Below are positions 29,536-40,202 of a stretch of 64,000 nucleotides of DNA, piece by piece. The translations under genes were made by a program, and so were the position numbers. Each line of letters starts with the position of its first letter. Position 1 is the first letter of the stretch. Under the pieces are notes generated by a model that had not been told where the DNA came from, searched no databases, and saw only the letters and a list, made by a program, of their open reading frames with translations. The DNA is from Patescibacteria group bacterium (lineage in GTDB: Bacteria; Patescibacteriota; Minisyncoccia; UBA6257; JACRHW01), in contig JAGWJP010000001.1 in the NCBI GenBank assembly GCA_028865725.1, forward strand, positions 55,377 through 119,376. The letters run 5' to 3'.

Positions 29536-30087
29536 ATGTTTTATTATGTTTTATGTAGAGCATCTTGTGTAGGGAGGCCTGACGTGAAAGAAAAGGCGAC
29601 ACGCAAAGTTACTCTTGCGGAACTGGTGCGAGCGCGGCAATTGTTCCTTGAAACTATTATTCCTTGTATTGAATTTTTGGTGCATACCCATGGTGAGGTG
29701 TTGGATCATAAGGTTCGCGATTGTTACACGACTACTACACGTGAGTTAAACAATGTGCGTGGATTCTCATTCTATACGTACGGCTCTTTTACTATGTTTG
29801 GTGGTAGGAACGTCATTGTATACTATCATCCACATGGAAAGAAGGGTGATCTGACGCGTGTTCTCGATGTTGATTATTGGGATATCCAAAAATGTCACGT
29901 TAAGACATTTGATGCTTCTCTTGTATGGCAGCACGCGCTGCAGCAGCTTTGTTTAGACAAAGAACAAGTGCAACATGAATTGCAGAGACGGAAACAGCAG
30001 GAGCAGGAAGTGCGGGGAAAAGAAGCACAGCAATATAGAGATGCGGCACAAGTTGAAGAGGATGCACGACGGTTGAAGCTTATTTGA
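29536..30087 (+). CDS. Hypothetical protein (start uncertain)
   Basis: ORF followed by a hairpin terminator near 30110. Confidence 0.55.
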   Translation: MFYYVLCRASCVGRPDVKEKATRKVTLAELVRARQLFLETIIPCIEFLVHTHGEVLDHKVRDCYTTTTRELNNVRGFSFYTYGSFTMFGGRNVIVYYHPHGKKGDLTRVLDVDYWDIQKCHVKTFDASLVWQHALQQLCLDKEQVQHELQRRKQQEQEVRGKEAQQYRDAAQVEEDARRLKLI

Positions 30088-30215
30088 GAGCAAGAGCATT
30101 TTCGAGATTACATGCGGAATTCCGCATGTTTTTTGTTCCTCACGGAATATTTACATATTTCTTTTGATGTGGTATCATTAATTTCGCTCATTGAAAACAG
30201 AAAGGAGTAAGTCTT

Positions 30216-30944
30216 GTGATCTCAGAAGTCTCCGTAATTTTTCAGGTTACAGCTACGGCGGATCATGCTTTGCGGTATGCGCGCGATCTTGCTTCATTGC
30301 TTCACGTGAACCTCACTGTATTTGTAGATTCATGGCTTGGTACGGATGAAAAAGAGCGCATTGCGCGTGCCGTGGTTGAGCGAGTTGATGGTGAAGGAAT
30401 TGTCTATAAGCCTTTGCGCGCTTTGCGTATGCCGATGGGTTCCAGTGTTTGTAATCTCGTGGTGACCAATACCCCATCTCAATGTGCAGAGTTTTCTTGT
30501 GTCATGCCTCACAATGAAACACAAGTGAGCCGGTCAGAAAAAGGAGAAATTATGATTCCTTTTGGTGACGGCCGTTCTGGCATTCGCGCTGCGTCGCTGG
30601 GGATTCCCCTCGCGAGACAGCTTGGCTATTCAGTATTTTTATGGCATACGACATGGCGCGATGAGCGAGTGTTCTCAGCGGATCCTTATGCTCATATGTG
30701 TGCAGAAGCACGCACGGTATTTTCTATACTTAAGGAGGCATGCGTCCAGGAGAGGGTGCCTTATCGTATCGGTATTGATATGGCAGACAGTATCCCTGGA
30801 GGAATAGTGCGTATAGCATTGCGCGAACATATGTCTCTGATTTGTATGGCGAGAGGTGCGAATACAGGAAAAGGAAGTTACGTTGATTTAGTGAGTGCGC
30901 GTACCCCTACCCCGCTTGTGATTGTGGGAGGTGAAGTGCAGTGA
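30216..30944 (+). CDS. Universal stress protein-like
   Basis: IMIPFGDG...LICMARG...GSYVDLVSARTPTPLVIV USP-type ending. Confidence 0.6.
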   Translation: MISEVSVIFQVTATADHALRYARDLASLLHVNLTVFVDSWLGTDEKERIARAVVERVDGEGIVYKPLRALRMPMGSSVCNLVVTNTPSQCAEFSCVMPHNETQVSRSEKGEIMIPFGDGRSGIRAASLGIPLARQLGYSVFLWHTTWRDERVFSADPYAHMCAEARTVFSILKEACVQERVPYRIGIDMADSIPGGIVRIALREHMSLICMARGANTGKGSYVDLVSARTPTPLVIVGGEVQ

Positions 30945-32185
30945 TGAAGACTGCTGTTTTTCGCTCTCCTTATTTTGTGATGGTGGTTGTGTTGTTCATG
31001 TATGCCATAAAGGTTGTCGCGAAGCTTAGTATCGGTGCGTACGTACACTCCCCGGTGATTATGGGGGACGGTTATCATAATGTTGCTGATGTACTGGAAG
31101 CGTTGATCGTCGTAGTAGTAATTAGTTATGCGAGAATGTCGTATGGCGATGAGTATCCGTTGGGGAGAAGTAATATCGAAAGCATTTTTAAGTTCGGGGT
31201 TGGTATCGCGCTCTGCTATACCGCATTTCAATTGTGTGTTCGGTGCGGTGTCGAGCTTGTCGCATATGTGCCTTCTTTTGATACCTGGCTCCGTGCGCAT
31301 GTTGCGCTTCCGCATCACGAATTGTTGCGCATGGGTGCTCAATATTTTTGGTATGTGGCTGGCGTTACGGGGCTTAGCGCATTGACTTCATGGGGTGTGG
31401 GGCGCTATCAGATTATTGTCGGCCAGAACGCCGGGTGCGGGAGCCTTAAAACGGATGGCATTGAGACGCTAAATGACGGAAAAATCGAAGGGGTTACTTG
31501 TGTGGGTGTGTTGAGTGAATATTTTTTTCATATTTCATGTATTGAGTATCCTCTTGGGTTATATGTTGCTTATCTTGTATTTCATGCGGGGAAAGAACTG
31601 ATTGGAGAAGCGTGGGGTGCATTGCTCCAGCGTTCTATTGGAAAGGCGCATGAAGTGGCGATCCGCGATATTACCACGCGTACATGTGGGGTGCTTGACC
31701 TTGCCGAGCTGAAGGCATTTTGTGTCGGTGAACGCGTGGTATGCATTATGAAGGTGATTACGCGTTTGTCTCACACAACGAATGTCGATATCAAACATGC
31801 TCTTGCAGATAACGTCGCAGAATATCTTGAGACGCATGGCTTCGATACTCATCAATTTTTTATTCGTTTTGATCATCCCGACGCCCACGAACGTCGCGTA
31901 GCATATGCAGTGTTTCACGGCGTGCGGGGATCATTTGTCGCGGAATCTTTGCACGATGCAACGCATGTGAGAATTTGTGATGAAGAATATGAAGAGATCG
32001 TGCGGTGGGACGATGAAGCGATTTCTGGCATCATCCCAGAGGAGATTCTTGCACTTCTTCTTCGTAAGCGAGTGCGAATACTCTATGTGTATGGTGATGA
32101 ACCTGATAGAGCTATATTTCAGGACGCAGGAATTGAGGTCAAACAAACCATTTCATCGGTTCTCGATGTTTTGGGTATCGCCTAG
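30941..32185 (+). CDS. Cation diffusion facilitator family transporter
   Basis: GDGYHNVAD, YPLGRSNIE, multiple TM segments. Confidence 0.8.
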   Translation: MMKTAVFRSPYFVMVVVLFMYAIKVVAKLSIGAYVHSPVIMGDGYHNVADVLEALIVVVVISYARMSYGDEYPLGRSNIESIFKFGVGIALCYTAFQLCVRCGVELVAYVPSFDTWLRAHVALPHHELLRMGAQYFWYVAGVTGLSALTSWGVGRYQIIVGQNAGCGSLKTDGIETLNDGKIEGVTCVGVLSEYFFHISCIEYPLGLYVAYLVFHAGKELIGEAWGALLQRSIGKAHEVAIRDITTRTCGVLDLAELKAFCVGERVVCIMKVITRLSHTTNVDIKHALADNVAEYLETHGFDTHQFFIRFDHPDAHERRVAYAVFHGVRGSFVAESLHDATHVRICDEEYEEIVRWDDEAISGIIPEEILALLLRKRVRILYVYGDEPDRAIFQDAGIEVKQTISSVLDVLGIA

Positions 32186-32365
32186 TGTAATGAGAAAGAA
32201 CCCTGCATACTCCATGCAGGTTTTTTATAACCGCAGCCTCGGATAATATTAGTGGTTTTGCCACCCACCCATAGGATCTTTACAAATAATATTACTTATA
32301 CTAATATCTTCACAGAACCCCCCGCCCTGCCTACTACTTGTGGGGGTTTGACAAGGAGGTCTGTC

Positions 32366-32581
32366 ATGCACGAAAAACATGACGATCAGACAATGAAAAA
32401 GATTCTGATCACGACGTTTTTGATCTTTATGACTGTTCCGGTACTGAGCACTTGTGGTACCATGGTCTCTTCCCCTAGTGATCTAGGGGTATTGGGGGGA
32501 GTATGTTTGTTTCTCGCGACCGTCGTTGCGTGGTACTACTACGTAACGCGGTATCTCCAGAAAGGGAGGTCACAAGGATGA
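32366..32581 (+). CDS. Small two-TM protein
   Basis: SD AAGGAGG; ATGA coupling to the SPFH gene. Confidence 0.55.
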   Translation: MHEKHDDQTMKKILITTFLIFMTVPVLSTCGTMVSSPSDLGVLGGVCLFLATVVAWYYYVTRYLQKGRSQG

Positions 32582-33447
32582 ACGGAAAGTTCCACAACCT
32601 TTTTTCCACCGTCGCTCTCTTTTTTGTGATGATTTCCATGAGTGGCTGTGCCGCCACGGTTGATCCTGGCCATGCAGGCATCAAGGTAAATTATTATGGT
32701 TCGAACCGCGGAGTTCAGGATTACCCGATCGTTACGGGTCGTGTATGGTATAACCCGATTTCTGAGAAAGTTTTGAGCTATCCAACGTTTGTGCAGACCG
32801 CTGTGTGGACCTCTAATAGTCACGAAGGAAGCCCTAATAATGAGGAGATCTCCTTTAATTCAAAGGAGGGCCTCATCATTAATGGAGACATTTCTCTTTC
32901 CTATCAGCTCGATCCAAGTAAGGTCCCGGCATTTTATGTGAAGTTTCGCAGCGATGACTTGAATAACTTCACGCATGGATTTTTGCGTAATGTCGCGCGC
33001 GACGCATTCAATGAGGTCGCATCCACGTACGCAGTGGATGATCTCTATGGGCCGAAGAAAGAGGAGTTTTTGCGGGAAGTACGCAAGCGAATTAATGATA
33101 AAGTAAGTCCTTTTGGAGTAGAGATTCAGCAATTCGGTTTTATTGGTGCACCGCGTCTTCCTCAAAGCGTGGTGGATGCGTTGAACATGAAGATTAAGGC
33201 GACACAGGATGCTATTCGTGTTGAAAATGAATTGCGTGAAGCAAGAGCGGAAGCGAATAAGCGCGTAGCGACCGCGGAGGGTGAGGCGCGGGCGAATGAG
33301 ATTCTTACGAAATCAATTACGCCCACCTTGCTTGAATGGCGTCGGCTTGAACTCTTAAAAGAGAAGTGGAACGGTGCGTTGCCCACCGTGATTGGCGGGA
33401 ATGGTGGAATTCCTTTGCTTCAGCTTCCTGTTCAGCACAGTAAGTAA
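32578..33447 (+). CDS. SPFH/Band 7 (prohibitin-like) lipoprotein
   Basis: Lipobox MSGC; VDPGHAGIKV; AEGEARAN; KWNGALP. Confidence 0.88.
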   Translation: MNGKFHNLFSTVALFFVMISMSGCAATVDPGHAGIKVNYYGSNRGVQDYPIVTGRVWYNPISEKVLSYPTFVQTAVWTSNSHEGSPNNEEISFNSKEGLIINGDISLSYQLDPSKVPAFYVKFRSDDLNNFTHGFLRNVARDAFNEVASTYAVDDLYGPKKEEFLREVRKRINDKVSPFGVEIQQFGFIGAPRLPQSVVDALNMKIKATQDAIRVENELREARAEANKRVATAEGEARANEILTKSITPTLLEWRRLELLKEKWNGALPTVIGGNGGIPLLQLPVQHSK

Positions 33448-33544
33448 TATGAGATAAAAGTAATAAAGCCCCAGATTATATGGGGTTTTTTCTTTAGTTG
33501 AAATATCTTGAGAGAGTGAGTAGAATGGAGTTACTTTATATTAC

Positions 33545-34348
33545 ATGAAGAATAAAAAACTCGTCACTATTTTATTTTTTGATATCCTCACGCCCGATGA
33601 AGCGCAAAAGATCGAGTTCAGTCGTGAGATTTATAACGGGGGGACATATTCTGAATCTGTGCGGCGTAGGGTAGGATTGGGTCCGGATGAATGGGTATAT
33701 TGTGATGCTCCTAAAGGAGTGTTTCCGAAAGATCTCTCCCAATTCGATGGAGTTATTATTGGTGGATCTACGGGGGATCCCATCCAAGGATCTGAAAAAT
33801 CATGGATGAGAAAGACCTATCCTTTTATTCGAAAACTTATCCGCGCCAAGATTCCGCTCTTGGGGATTTGTGGCGGTCTCCAGTTTACCGTGCGTGCATT
33901 AGGGGGTGATGTCATATTAAATCCGAAGGGCAGGGAACTTGGAACTATACGTGTAGCACTTACAAAATCGGGGAAACAGGATCCGCTCTTTCGCGGGTTA
34001 CCGCACGCTATTTTTGCGCAATCCAGTCACAAATGTATTGCCGGAGATTTGTTGCCAGATTGGGTATTGCTCGGATCTTCTAAACTTTGTATACCCCAGG
34101 CAATCGGTATTCACAACTCGGTGCGCCTTTTGCAATTTCATCCCGAGAAAAAGGCATCGTATCTGAAGAGACTTGTGCGCACGCGTAAGAATACGCTCTT
34201 GAAAGAAGGCTTTGTAAAAAATGAAGCGCAGTTCAAGAAATTTGTCGCATCTATTAAAAACGAAGATCGTATCGGAAAAAAGATTCTTCATAATTTTGTC
34301 ACGCAGTTTGTGATGCCTTACGCACAACAGAAAACAAAAACCCGTTAA
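33545..34348 (+). CDS. Class I glutamine amidotransferase
   Basis: PLLGICGGLQ, QFHPE. Confidence 0.88.
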   Translation: MKNKKLVTILFFDILTPDEAQKIEFSREIYNGGTYSESVRRRVGLGPDEWVYCDAPKGVFPKDLSQFDGVIIGGSTGDPIQGSEKSWMRKTYPFIRKLIRAKIPLLGICGGLQFTVRALGGDVILNPKGRELGTIRVALTKSGKQDPLFRGLPHAIFAQSSHKCIAGDLLPDWVLLGSSKLCIPQAIGIHNSVRLLQFHPEKKASYLKRLVRTRKNTLLKEGFVKNEAQFKKFVASIKNEDRIGKKILHNFVTQFVMPYAQQKTKTR

Positions 34349-34504
34349 AAGTATATGAGAGATTTCATTAAGCCACGCGAGCAAGAAGAATTAAAAGAAG
34401 TCCTTGATAATCTTACTAAAGAATCCGAGGCTCTTTATGATGCTCTTATTCAAAAAGAGGGAGAAGTAGAAAATAAAGAGCAAGCGAAATAGTTAAAAAG
34501 AAAT

Positions 34505-36685
34505 ATGAAAGAGTCTCTTGGTTCTATTCAAAAAGAAAAGAAAAATCCCGCGCATGTAATTGATATGTATTGGGAGAAGGCGCGACGTATCGTTGGTGCT
34601 GTTCAGGAGCGCGGAGGAGATGTTTCCGCCGTTCTCAAAAAAGAGATTATGGAGCGTTTGTCGGCCTTATCTTATATTAAAGAATATGCGTCAAGTGTTG
34701 CCGCGCGCGTATCGGGTAACAAAGAGTTCCTTACCGAACGCCAGCGCGACGAGATTCGCATTCATTGCAAAGCGCTTGAAGGTCAACTAGGCATAGAGAG
34801 CAACAACGGGCATATTGCCGAGGCGGCGCTGTGTATTGATTTGCCTTTCTTGGAGTTTGCCCTTCTTCGTGAAGATAACTATCCCGAGGAAGTATTGGGA
34901 ATTCGCGCGTGGGAAGGATGGCTTGAAGCAGAAAAGAAGATTAAGGATACTGCTACGCTTACTCTCGATAATGTGATTGAGCTTCAGAATATCCTTACAC
35001 AGGGAACCTCTTCTAAAACACGGGGAGCGTTAAGGGACACAGGTGTCGTAGGTAGCGATATGACAGAGTTAGGAAAACCCCTGCTTCTTACTGATCAGGA
35101 GCTGCAAATTCTTCGCAAGAATTTTTTTGTACGGTTCGTGCCTACAGGTGATGATCCTCATAAAGGATATATTTTATATCCTACGGTAAAAGATCCCGAG
35201 CTTCTCGCATCATGCCGCGCCAATCTTTCACCCGAAGCAAACGATCGTCTAGGAGCAGACCCCGGCGAACAAATGCTTGTTATGGAATTATTGGACGCAA
35301 GACTTCAGGAGCTTGCCGCAGAGGACTCGCCCAAAGATAACGATGAAGTTATCGTGCGCGCAGCAAAGCTTCAGCGAGATATTGTTTCCCTTCACCCCTT
35401 TTTTGATGGCAACGGAAGGCTTTCCCGGTTGATTATGAATTGGTATCTAAGAAAACACGGTGTTTCTCCGAGTGTTTTGGAATATGCGGAACGTGATCTT
35501 TTCTTTTCTGATGAAGAATGGGTAGAAGAAGTGAAGCGGGGGACAACGCATCATGAAGAATTACAGGGACTGGGAGTGTGGAGCATTGAAGATTGTGAAT
35601 TATATACCCAGATCTATGCGCCTGCGAACCCTGATGCGATTCCCGAAAAAGACAAAATGCGCCACGAGCCGTATCGTGTCGCCCTTGATCGATTTGAGAA
35701 ATGGGAGGGCACGCACGCCGAGGAATTTCAAAAAATGACGACTGATGAAGTGCAGATTTATACGTCTGAAGGACCAAAAACTGTAAAGATAGGAGGACTG
35801 GTGTCAAGGAGGCAGATTGAGATGTTCGGCGATACTCGGCCTGAAGCGCAGAAGTTTATTCGTCGTGAGTTTTATCGAGAGGATGTGACGCTTTTTCGCG
35901 GTTTAGCAGTGACGGGAATAGAGGATCCACAAGATCTTATTTCATTTTTTACAGAACCTATGGCAGGTACTTCTTCGTATCGATCTTTGATTCCTAGCGG
36001 TACGTCTCCTTTTGCATTTTTGCCGGTTTCCAAGAAAGATATTCGCCAGGTTTTTTTAGATTATAACCAGACAATTGCTTCTGATTATACTATTACCACG
36101 GAACATAAGGAAATACCCGATTTTAAAAACAAAGAAAAACAGAAATTAAAATTAGTATCAAAGAATTTTGGTCGATATGAACCTAAAGGAAAGCAGGCGC
36201 TTCAAGACGGAGATTACTTATCTTTTCTTTTAGATAAACACCAGTTGGGTTCGACACCTGGCGTTGTTGTATCTCCCGGGGTAAGTTTCACTCCTAATAT
36301 TGGCAATGCACGGTCTTTTGGTTCTGAGAGGGAGACTCGTATCCTAATACACGCATTATTACCGCGCTCAGGACTTTATTTTTTACCTAAAGCAAAGCAG
36401 GTACCTCTTTTGAAAAAATTTCATCCTGAGCATCCTAGTGAGAATGAAATGATAGTGATCGGAGGAATGGATCCGAATGCGGTGATGAAAGTTGAGGTTG
36501 TTGAACGTAATCAGGTTGGGTCGTATCCTGAATTTACTACCGTAGCTTCTTTGGAGAGAAACGAACGTAATGAAATTGTGTATACGAATCATAAGAGTGG
36601 GGTACAGAACGTGTTTGTGTTCAACGGCGAGGGAACATTAGTGCCTTATGTGTCTGAAGAGACGTCAAATAAACGCGCCGCTTAA
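34505..36685 (+). CDS. Large Fic-domain protein with possible C-terminal ADP-ribosyltransferase-like domain
   Basis: HPFFDGNGRLSR; later LFRG, VSFT and ENE motifs. Confidence 0.8.
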   Translation: MKESLGSIQKEKKNPAHVIDMYWEKARRIVGAVQERGGDVSAVLKKEIMERLSALSYIKEYASSVAARVSGNKEFLTERQRDEIRIHCKALEGQLGIESNNGHIAEAALCIDLPFLEFALLREDNYPEEVLGIRAWEGWLEAEKKIKDTATLTLDNVIELQNILTQGTSSKTRGALRDTGVVGSDMTELGKPLLLTDQELQILRKNFFVRFVPTGDDPHKGYILYPTVKDPELLASCRANLSPEANDRLGADPGEQMLVMELLDARLQELAAEDSPKDNDEVIVRAAKLQRDIVSLHPFFDGNGRLSRLIMNWYLRKHGVSPSVLEYAERDLFFSDEEWVEEVKRGTTHHEELQGLGVWSIEDCELYTQIYAPANPDAIPEKDKMRHEPYRVALDRFEKWEGTHAEEFQKMTTDEVQIYTSEGPKTVKIGGLVSRRQIEMFGDTRPEAQKFIRREFYREDVTLFRGLAVTGIEDPQDLISFFTEPMAGTSSYRSLIPSGTSPFAFLPVSKKDIRQVFLDYNQTIASDYTITTEHKEIPDFKNKEKQKLKLVSKNFGRYEPKGKQALQDGDYLSFLLDKHQLGSTPGVVVSPGVSFTPNIGNARSFGSERETRILIHALLPRSGLYFLPKAKQVPLLKKFHPEHPSENEMIVIGGMDPNAVMKVEVVERNQVGSYPEFTTVASLERNERNEIVYTNHKSGVQNVFVFNGEGTLVPYVSEETSNKRAA

Positions 36686-36686
36686 G

Positions 36687-36715
36687 TTGACAGATTTTTG
36701 AGAGGAGTATACAAT
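36687..36715 (+). promoter_or_regulatory. Sigma70-type promoter
   Basis: TTGACA-17bp-TACAAT. Confidence 0.6.
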
Positions 36716-36900
36716 GAATACTATATGCAGCACGAAATTTCATTTACGTATTGGTTTTGCTTTATCCCTCTCTTGGAGAAGCGGCGTTTTGTTGCATAGC
36801 TACATACTAAGTAGTCAGGACAAAAACCTCTTCTCCAGAAGAGGTTTTTTACTTCTTCCGGATTCCAGCACTTTGAAAACAAGAAAAGGAGGAGATTACT

Positions 36901-37662
36901 ATGGACCCAGATTATGAGGCGTTCATTGCAAAGTTTTTGTTCCGCGAGGATCTTGCGCGGCATATAGGCATTGAGCGTGAACATTTTTTAGTAGATCAGT
37001 ATGGCAAGGAAATTCCTCGCGCCAAGGAATTTCTGGAAATGATCAGCGATCCTCGATGGACGTATGAACTTTCTGCGTGCCAAGTTGAGGATAGGACAAT
37101 TCCACGACGTGATATAAACGCAGTCATGTATGAGTGTTTGGAAAATGATAATAACGCGCATCATGTCGCAGAGCGTTTGGGTATTGCTCTCGCGAATCGA
37201 GAGGTTGCGCGTGCGTCTATGCCGCTTGATGTGTATCCCGATCCGCGCTATGAGAATATTGTGCGTACTATTTCGCATGAACGACTTAGCGCGGCATGCC
37301 GTGTAACCGGAACTCATATTCACGTAGGAGTACGAGATATGGAAGATGCGATCGCGACGTATAATGCCCTTGTGCCTCACGGTGAGGAGCTCTGTGCACT
37401 GGGGAACCATTCGGATGGTGAGCGTTTGCGCCTCTATAAAGCGATGGCAACTGATTGGAAACCATCGTGTTATCGCAACGCGGCACATTTTTATGCAGTG
37501 GCATGCGCGCGTGGTTTTGCAGAGGACCCGAGAAATTGTTGGAACTTGATTCGGATCAGCAGACATGGCACCATCGAACTCCGTATGTTCGGGGTCACTG
37601 ATTATGTCGGTGAGGTTGCGATGTGGGTACAGCGTATTCTTTCAATCCTGAAAGGAGGATGA
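36901..37662 (+). CDS. Glutamate-cysteine ligase family 2 (carboxylate-amine ligase)-like protein
   Basis: IGIEREHF, ELSACQVE, GTHIHVG, GTIELRM. Confidence 0.8.
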   Translation: MDPDYEAFIAKFLFREDLARHIGIEREHFLVDQYGKEIPRAKEFLEMISDPRWTYELSACQVEDRTIPRRDINAVMYECLENDNNAHHVAERLGIALANREVARASMPLDVYPDPRYENIVRTISHERLSAACRVTGTHIHVGVRDMEDAIATYNALVPHGEELCALGNHSDGERLRLYKAMATDWKPSCYRNAAHFYAVACARGFAEDPRNCWNLIRISRHGTIELRMFGVTDYVGEVAMWVQRILSILKGG

Positions 37663-37669
37663 CACATCT

Positions 37670-38745
37670 ATGAACACACATGAGTCAGAAATGAGAGAGG
37701 CGTTTGTCCAGCGCGCGGAGCAGATTCTTTCTGAGGAAGAGCGGTTTGTAAAGCCGGAAGGTATGCAACGTATGGGGTTCGAATCTGAGCTTGCGTTCGA
37801 TGTGGAGAGCGCGCCGCTCGATGCGATCGAGCCGGTGCGGAATATGGTGATCGACGAGGTGGGCACCTCGGCCGATACCGAACTTGGGGTGGCACAGATC
37901 GAGATCCGTACCCCTCCTATTGATATCTTGAAATGTGGCGGCATGCATGAGCTTGGTAGAGTCTACCAGCAAGAGCTTGAGGCAACTGTCATCGCGGCGC
38001 GGCGTCACGGAGCGCATATTCTTCGTGTAGGCGCACACCCATTTCTTCCTGTGCTTGGTACCCCACGTACTCACAAGCCGAAATATCGACAGGTTCCTGA
38101 TTTCTACAATGCGCATCGACGTTGTGATGTGGAAACACGAATTGGGCTTGGGAATGTTCAGATTGATATTGGGGACGCCGCGGTGGTGTCACTTTTTCAG
38201 TCGTTTCAAGTTAATATTGAAGCACGCTCCTTTTACGACGCGATTCTAAAAATGGATCGTTCTCTTATGATCGCTCCCTACCTTCTGACATTAGGCGGTA
38301 ATGCGCGGTACTTGAATTGTACCGATTCTCACTACACAGACTTACGTATGGTTGCGTGGGAGAAGAGTCATGATACGCGTGCGAATGATATGCGACTTCT
38401 TTCATGGGAACGAACTTGCCGTTGTCCATGGTGCGAGAAAACAGAATCAATGCGATGCTCCATGGAGTACACCGCGATATGTGGTTTCTGTCCGATACGG
38501 GCGCACTAGAACGTATGGATGCGCGAGTGGGTATTTTGCGTGAAATTGATCGCGCGATGCATGGACTTCGTGATCTTGGTCTCCATAACGAATTTTGTGC
38601 TCAGCATATGTATCTGGTTCATCACACGGGTTCTCCCTCGGACAGGTTGTCACAGGCGCTGTCTCAACTTTCTTGTAGTGGCGATGAATGCATTGAAGCA
38701 TCTGTAATGCGGAATGCACTTCGTGAAACAAGTATGCTTATATAG
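37670..38745 (+). pseudogene. Second GCS2-like gene, apparently frameshifted or internally deleted near 38410
   Basis: MGFESE, ELGVAQIE, SFQVN; frame change between ORFs 37670..38509 and 38404..38745. Confidence 0.55.
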
Positions 38746-38885
38746 CACAGAAAAATACAAAGCGGGGACCCTTCGCTTTTTTGTTGAGGCGATCAATTCT
38801 TGCGATGGCACTATGGCCTTTGGCCGATCCATTTTTCTATATTAGGTGACATTAATATGGAGTTGGTACGTTTATTGTAGCAAGC

Positions 38886-38913
38886 TTGACAAATTTTATT
38901 GGTTGGTTATAAT
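38886..38913 (+). promoter_or_regulatory. Consensus sigma70 promoter
   Basis: TTGACA-16bp-TATAAT. Confidence 0.7.
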
Positions 38914-38965
38914 ATGGACACATGATGGGATCCGCAAGATCTCATCAAAAAAAGGAGGGAAAAAG

Positions 38966-39370
38966 ATGTCAATAGTGCCTTTTTTCTTTTTGTCGCTTGC
39001 GGGGTGTTTTTTTATGCTGGCTGGGTATGTGTTTGGTAAGTCTGCTTATCAGCAGAAGCCCGCGCCACAGAAGGTTTTTGGCCTTCGAGAGGCTGAGGAG
39101 GCCGCCGCAAAGCTCGGCGGGATTAATAAGGAAACGGCGAAGGTTATGCGGGTTGTCGCCGCCGTGAATGGCCTTGACAACCAAGTCCTTGCCCACGCGG
39201 CGGACGAAAGAGAATATCATTCTCGACAAATCGCGGAGAGTGAAAAGAGGATCAGTGACAAGAGGCGCCAGATTGCGATCCACGAGGGGATCATCGAGAA
39301 CCACAAGATTCGGGATGAAGATGTTGCTTCTTTGCAAGCCGTGTTTGCTGAAGAAACCGCGGCCGAGTAA
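38966..39370 (+). CDS. Membrane-anchored coiled-coil hypothetical protein
   Basis: SD AAGGAGG; N-terminal TM; terminator near 39380. Confidence 0.65.
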   Translation: MSIVPFFFLSLAGCFFMLAGYVFGKSAYQQKPAPQKVFGLREAEEAAAKLGGINKETAKVMRVVAAVNGLDNQVLAHAADEREYHSRQIAESEKRISDKRRQIAIHEGIIENHKIRDEDVASLQAVFAEETAAE

Positions 39371-39515
39371 TTTTTGAAGACGCCCACATTGTGGGCGTTT
39401 TTTATTAAGCATGGCGGAAGATTCATCGGGTTATCAATCGATTTCTTCCCGGGAGGATGCCGAATAATAAGTACTTTGCCGTCGGTAGATTTTTTTATTT
39501 GCGTATGCTAGGCTT

Positions 39516-40118
39516 GTGGTGGGTCTTTTCACAAGGGAGGAAGGCAGTGTGAATACGTTGAAACCTAATGATTTTGATCATCCTATTTCGTATATGATTC
39601 AAAAAAAGATTCGTTCCGCTTCCCGTCATGAGGTTGCAACGAGTCTATGCGCATGGCTGGAGAGCTGGCTTGATGTCGGATATATTGACGATGAATATAT
39701 AGAATACGCAGGAATGCACGTCGCCGCAGAGGAAAAAACAGGAATTGATGACGACGTGTTCTCATGGTTCAAAAAAGATCCTACCGAAAAACGCCTATTT
39801 ATCGCCGTGTCGTTTTGCATGGGGTACTGGGGCGCTATGCCGGTTTCAGAGCCGTGCATGGAGATTATTCTTACCGTGTTTGCAACAACGAGACGCGATA
39901 CGATGTTATATCGTGTATTGCTCGGCGCGCTATGTCGCAAAATCACAAACTTATCAGGAACACTGCGGACGCGCGCAGAGGAAGTTCTCCTTGCTGAAGA
40001 GCCATTTATCATGGAACGCATAACGATTGAACAAGAGGACGTATTGCACGAGCAGGGGGCGTATGCCTGTCTAGGAGTCCTTTTTAAGATGTTGCGTGCA
40101 AATAAAGTGATTTCATAA
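39516..40118 (+). CDS. Hypothetical protein (start uncertain)
   Basis: 200-aa ORF with downstream terminator. Confidence 0.5.
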   Translation: MVGLFTREEGSVNTLKPNDFDHPISYMIQKKIRSASRHEVATSLCAWLESWLDVGYIDDEYIEYAGMHVAAEEKTGIDDDVFSWFKKDPTEKRLFIAVSFCMGYWGAMPVSEPCMEIILTVFATTRRDTMLYRVLLGALCRKITNLSGTLRTRAEEVLLAEEPFIMERITIEQEDVLHEQGAYACLGVLFKMLRANKVIS

Positions 40119-40202
40119 TTTATTAGACCTGAGGAGGTTCATAGCCCGGAAAGTTTCCGGGTTTTTCTTACTCTTTACTGATTTTAAATTTAGTTATATA
40201 CT

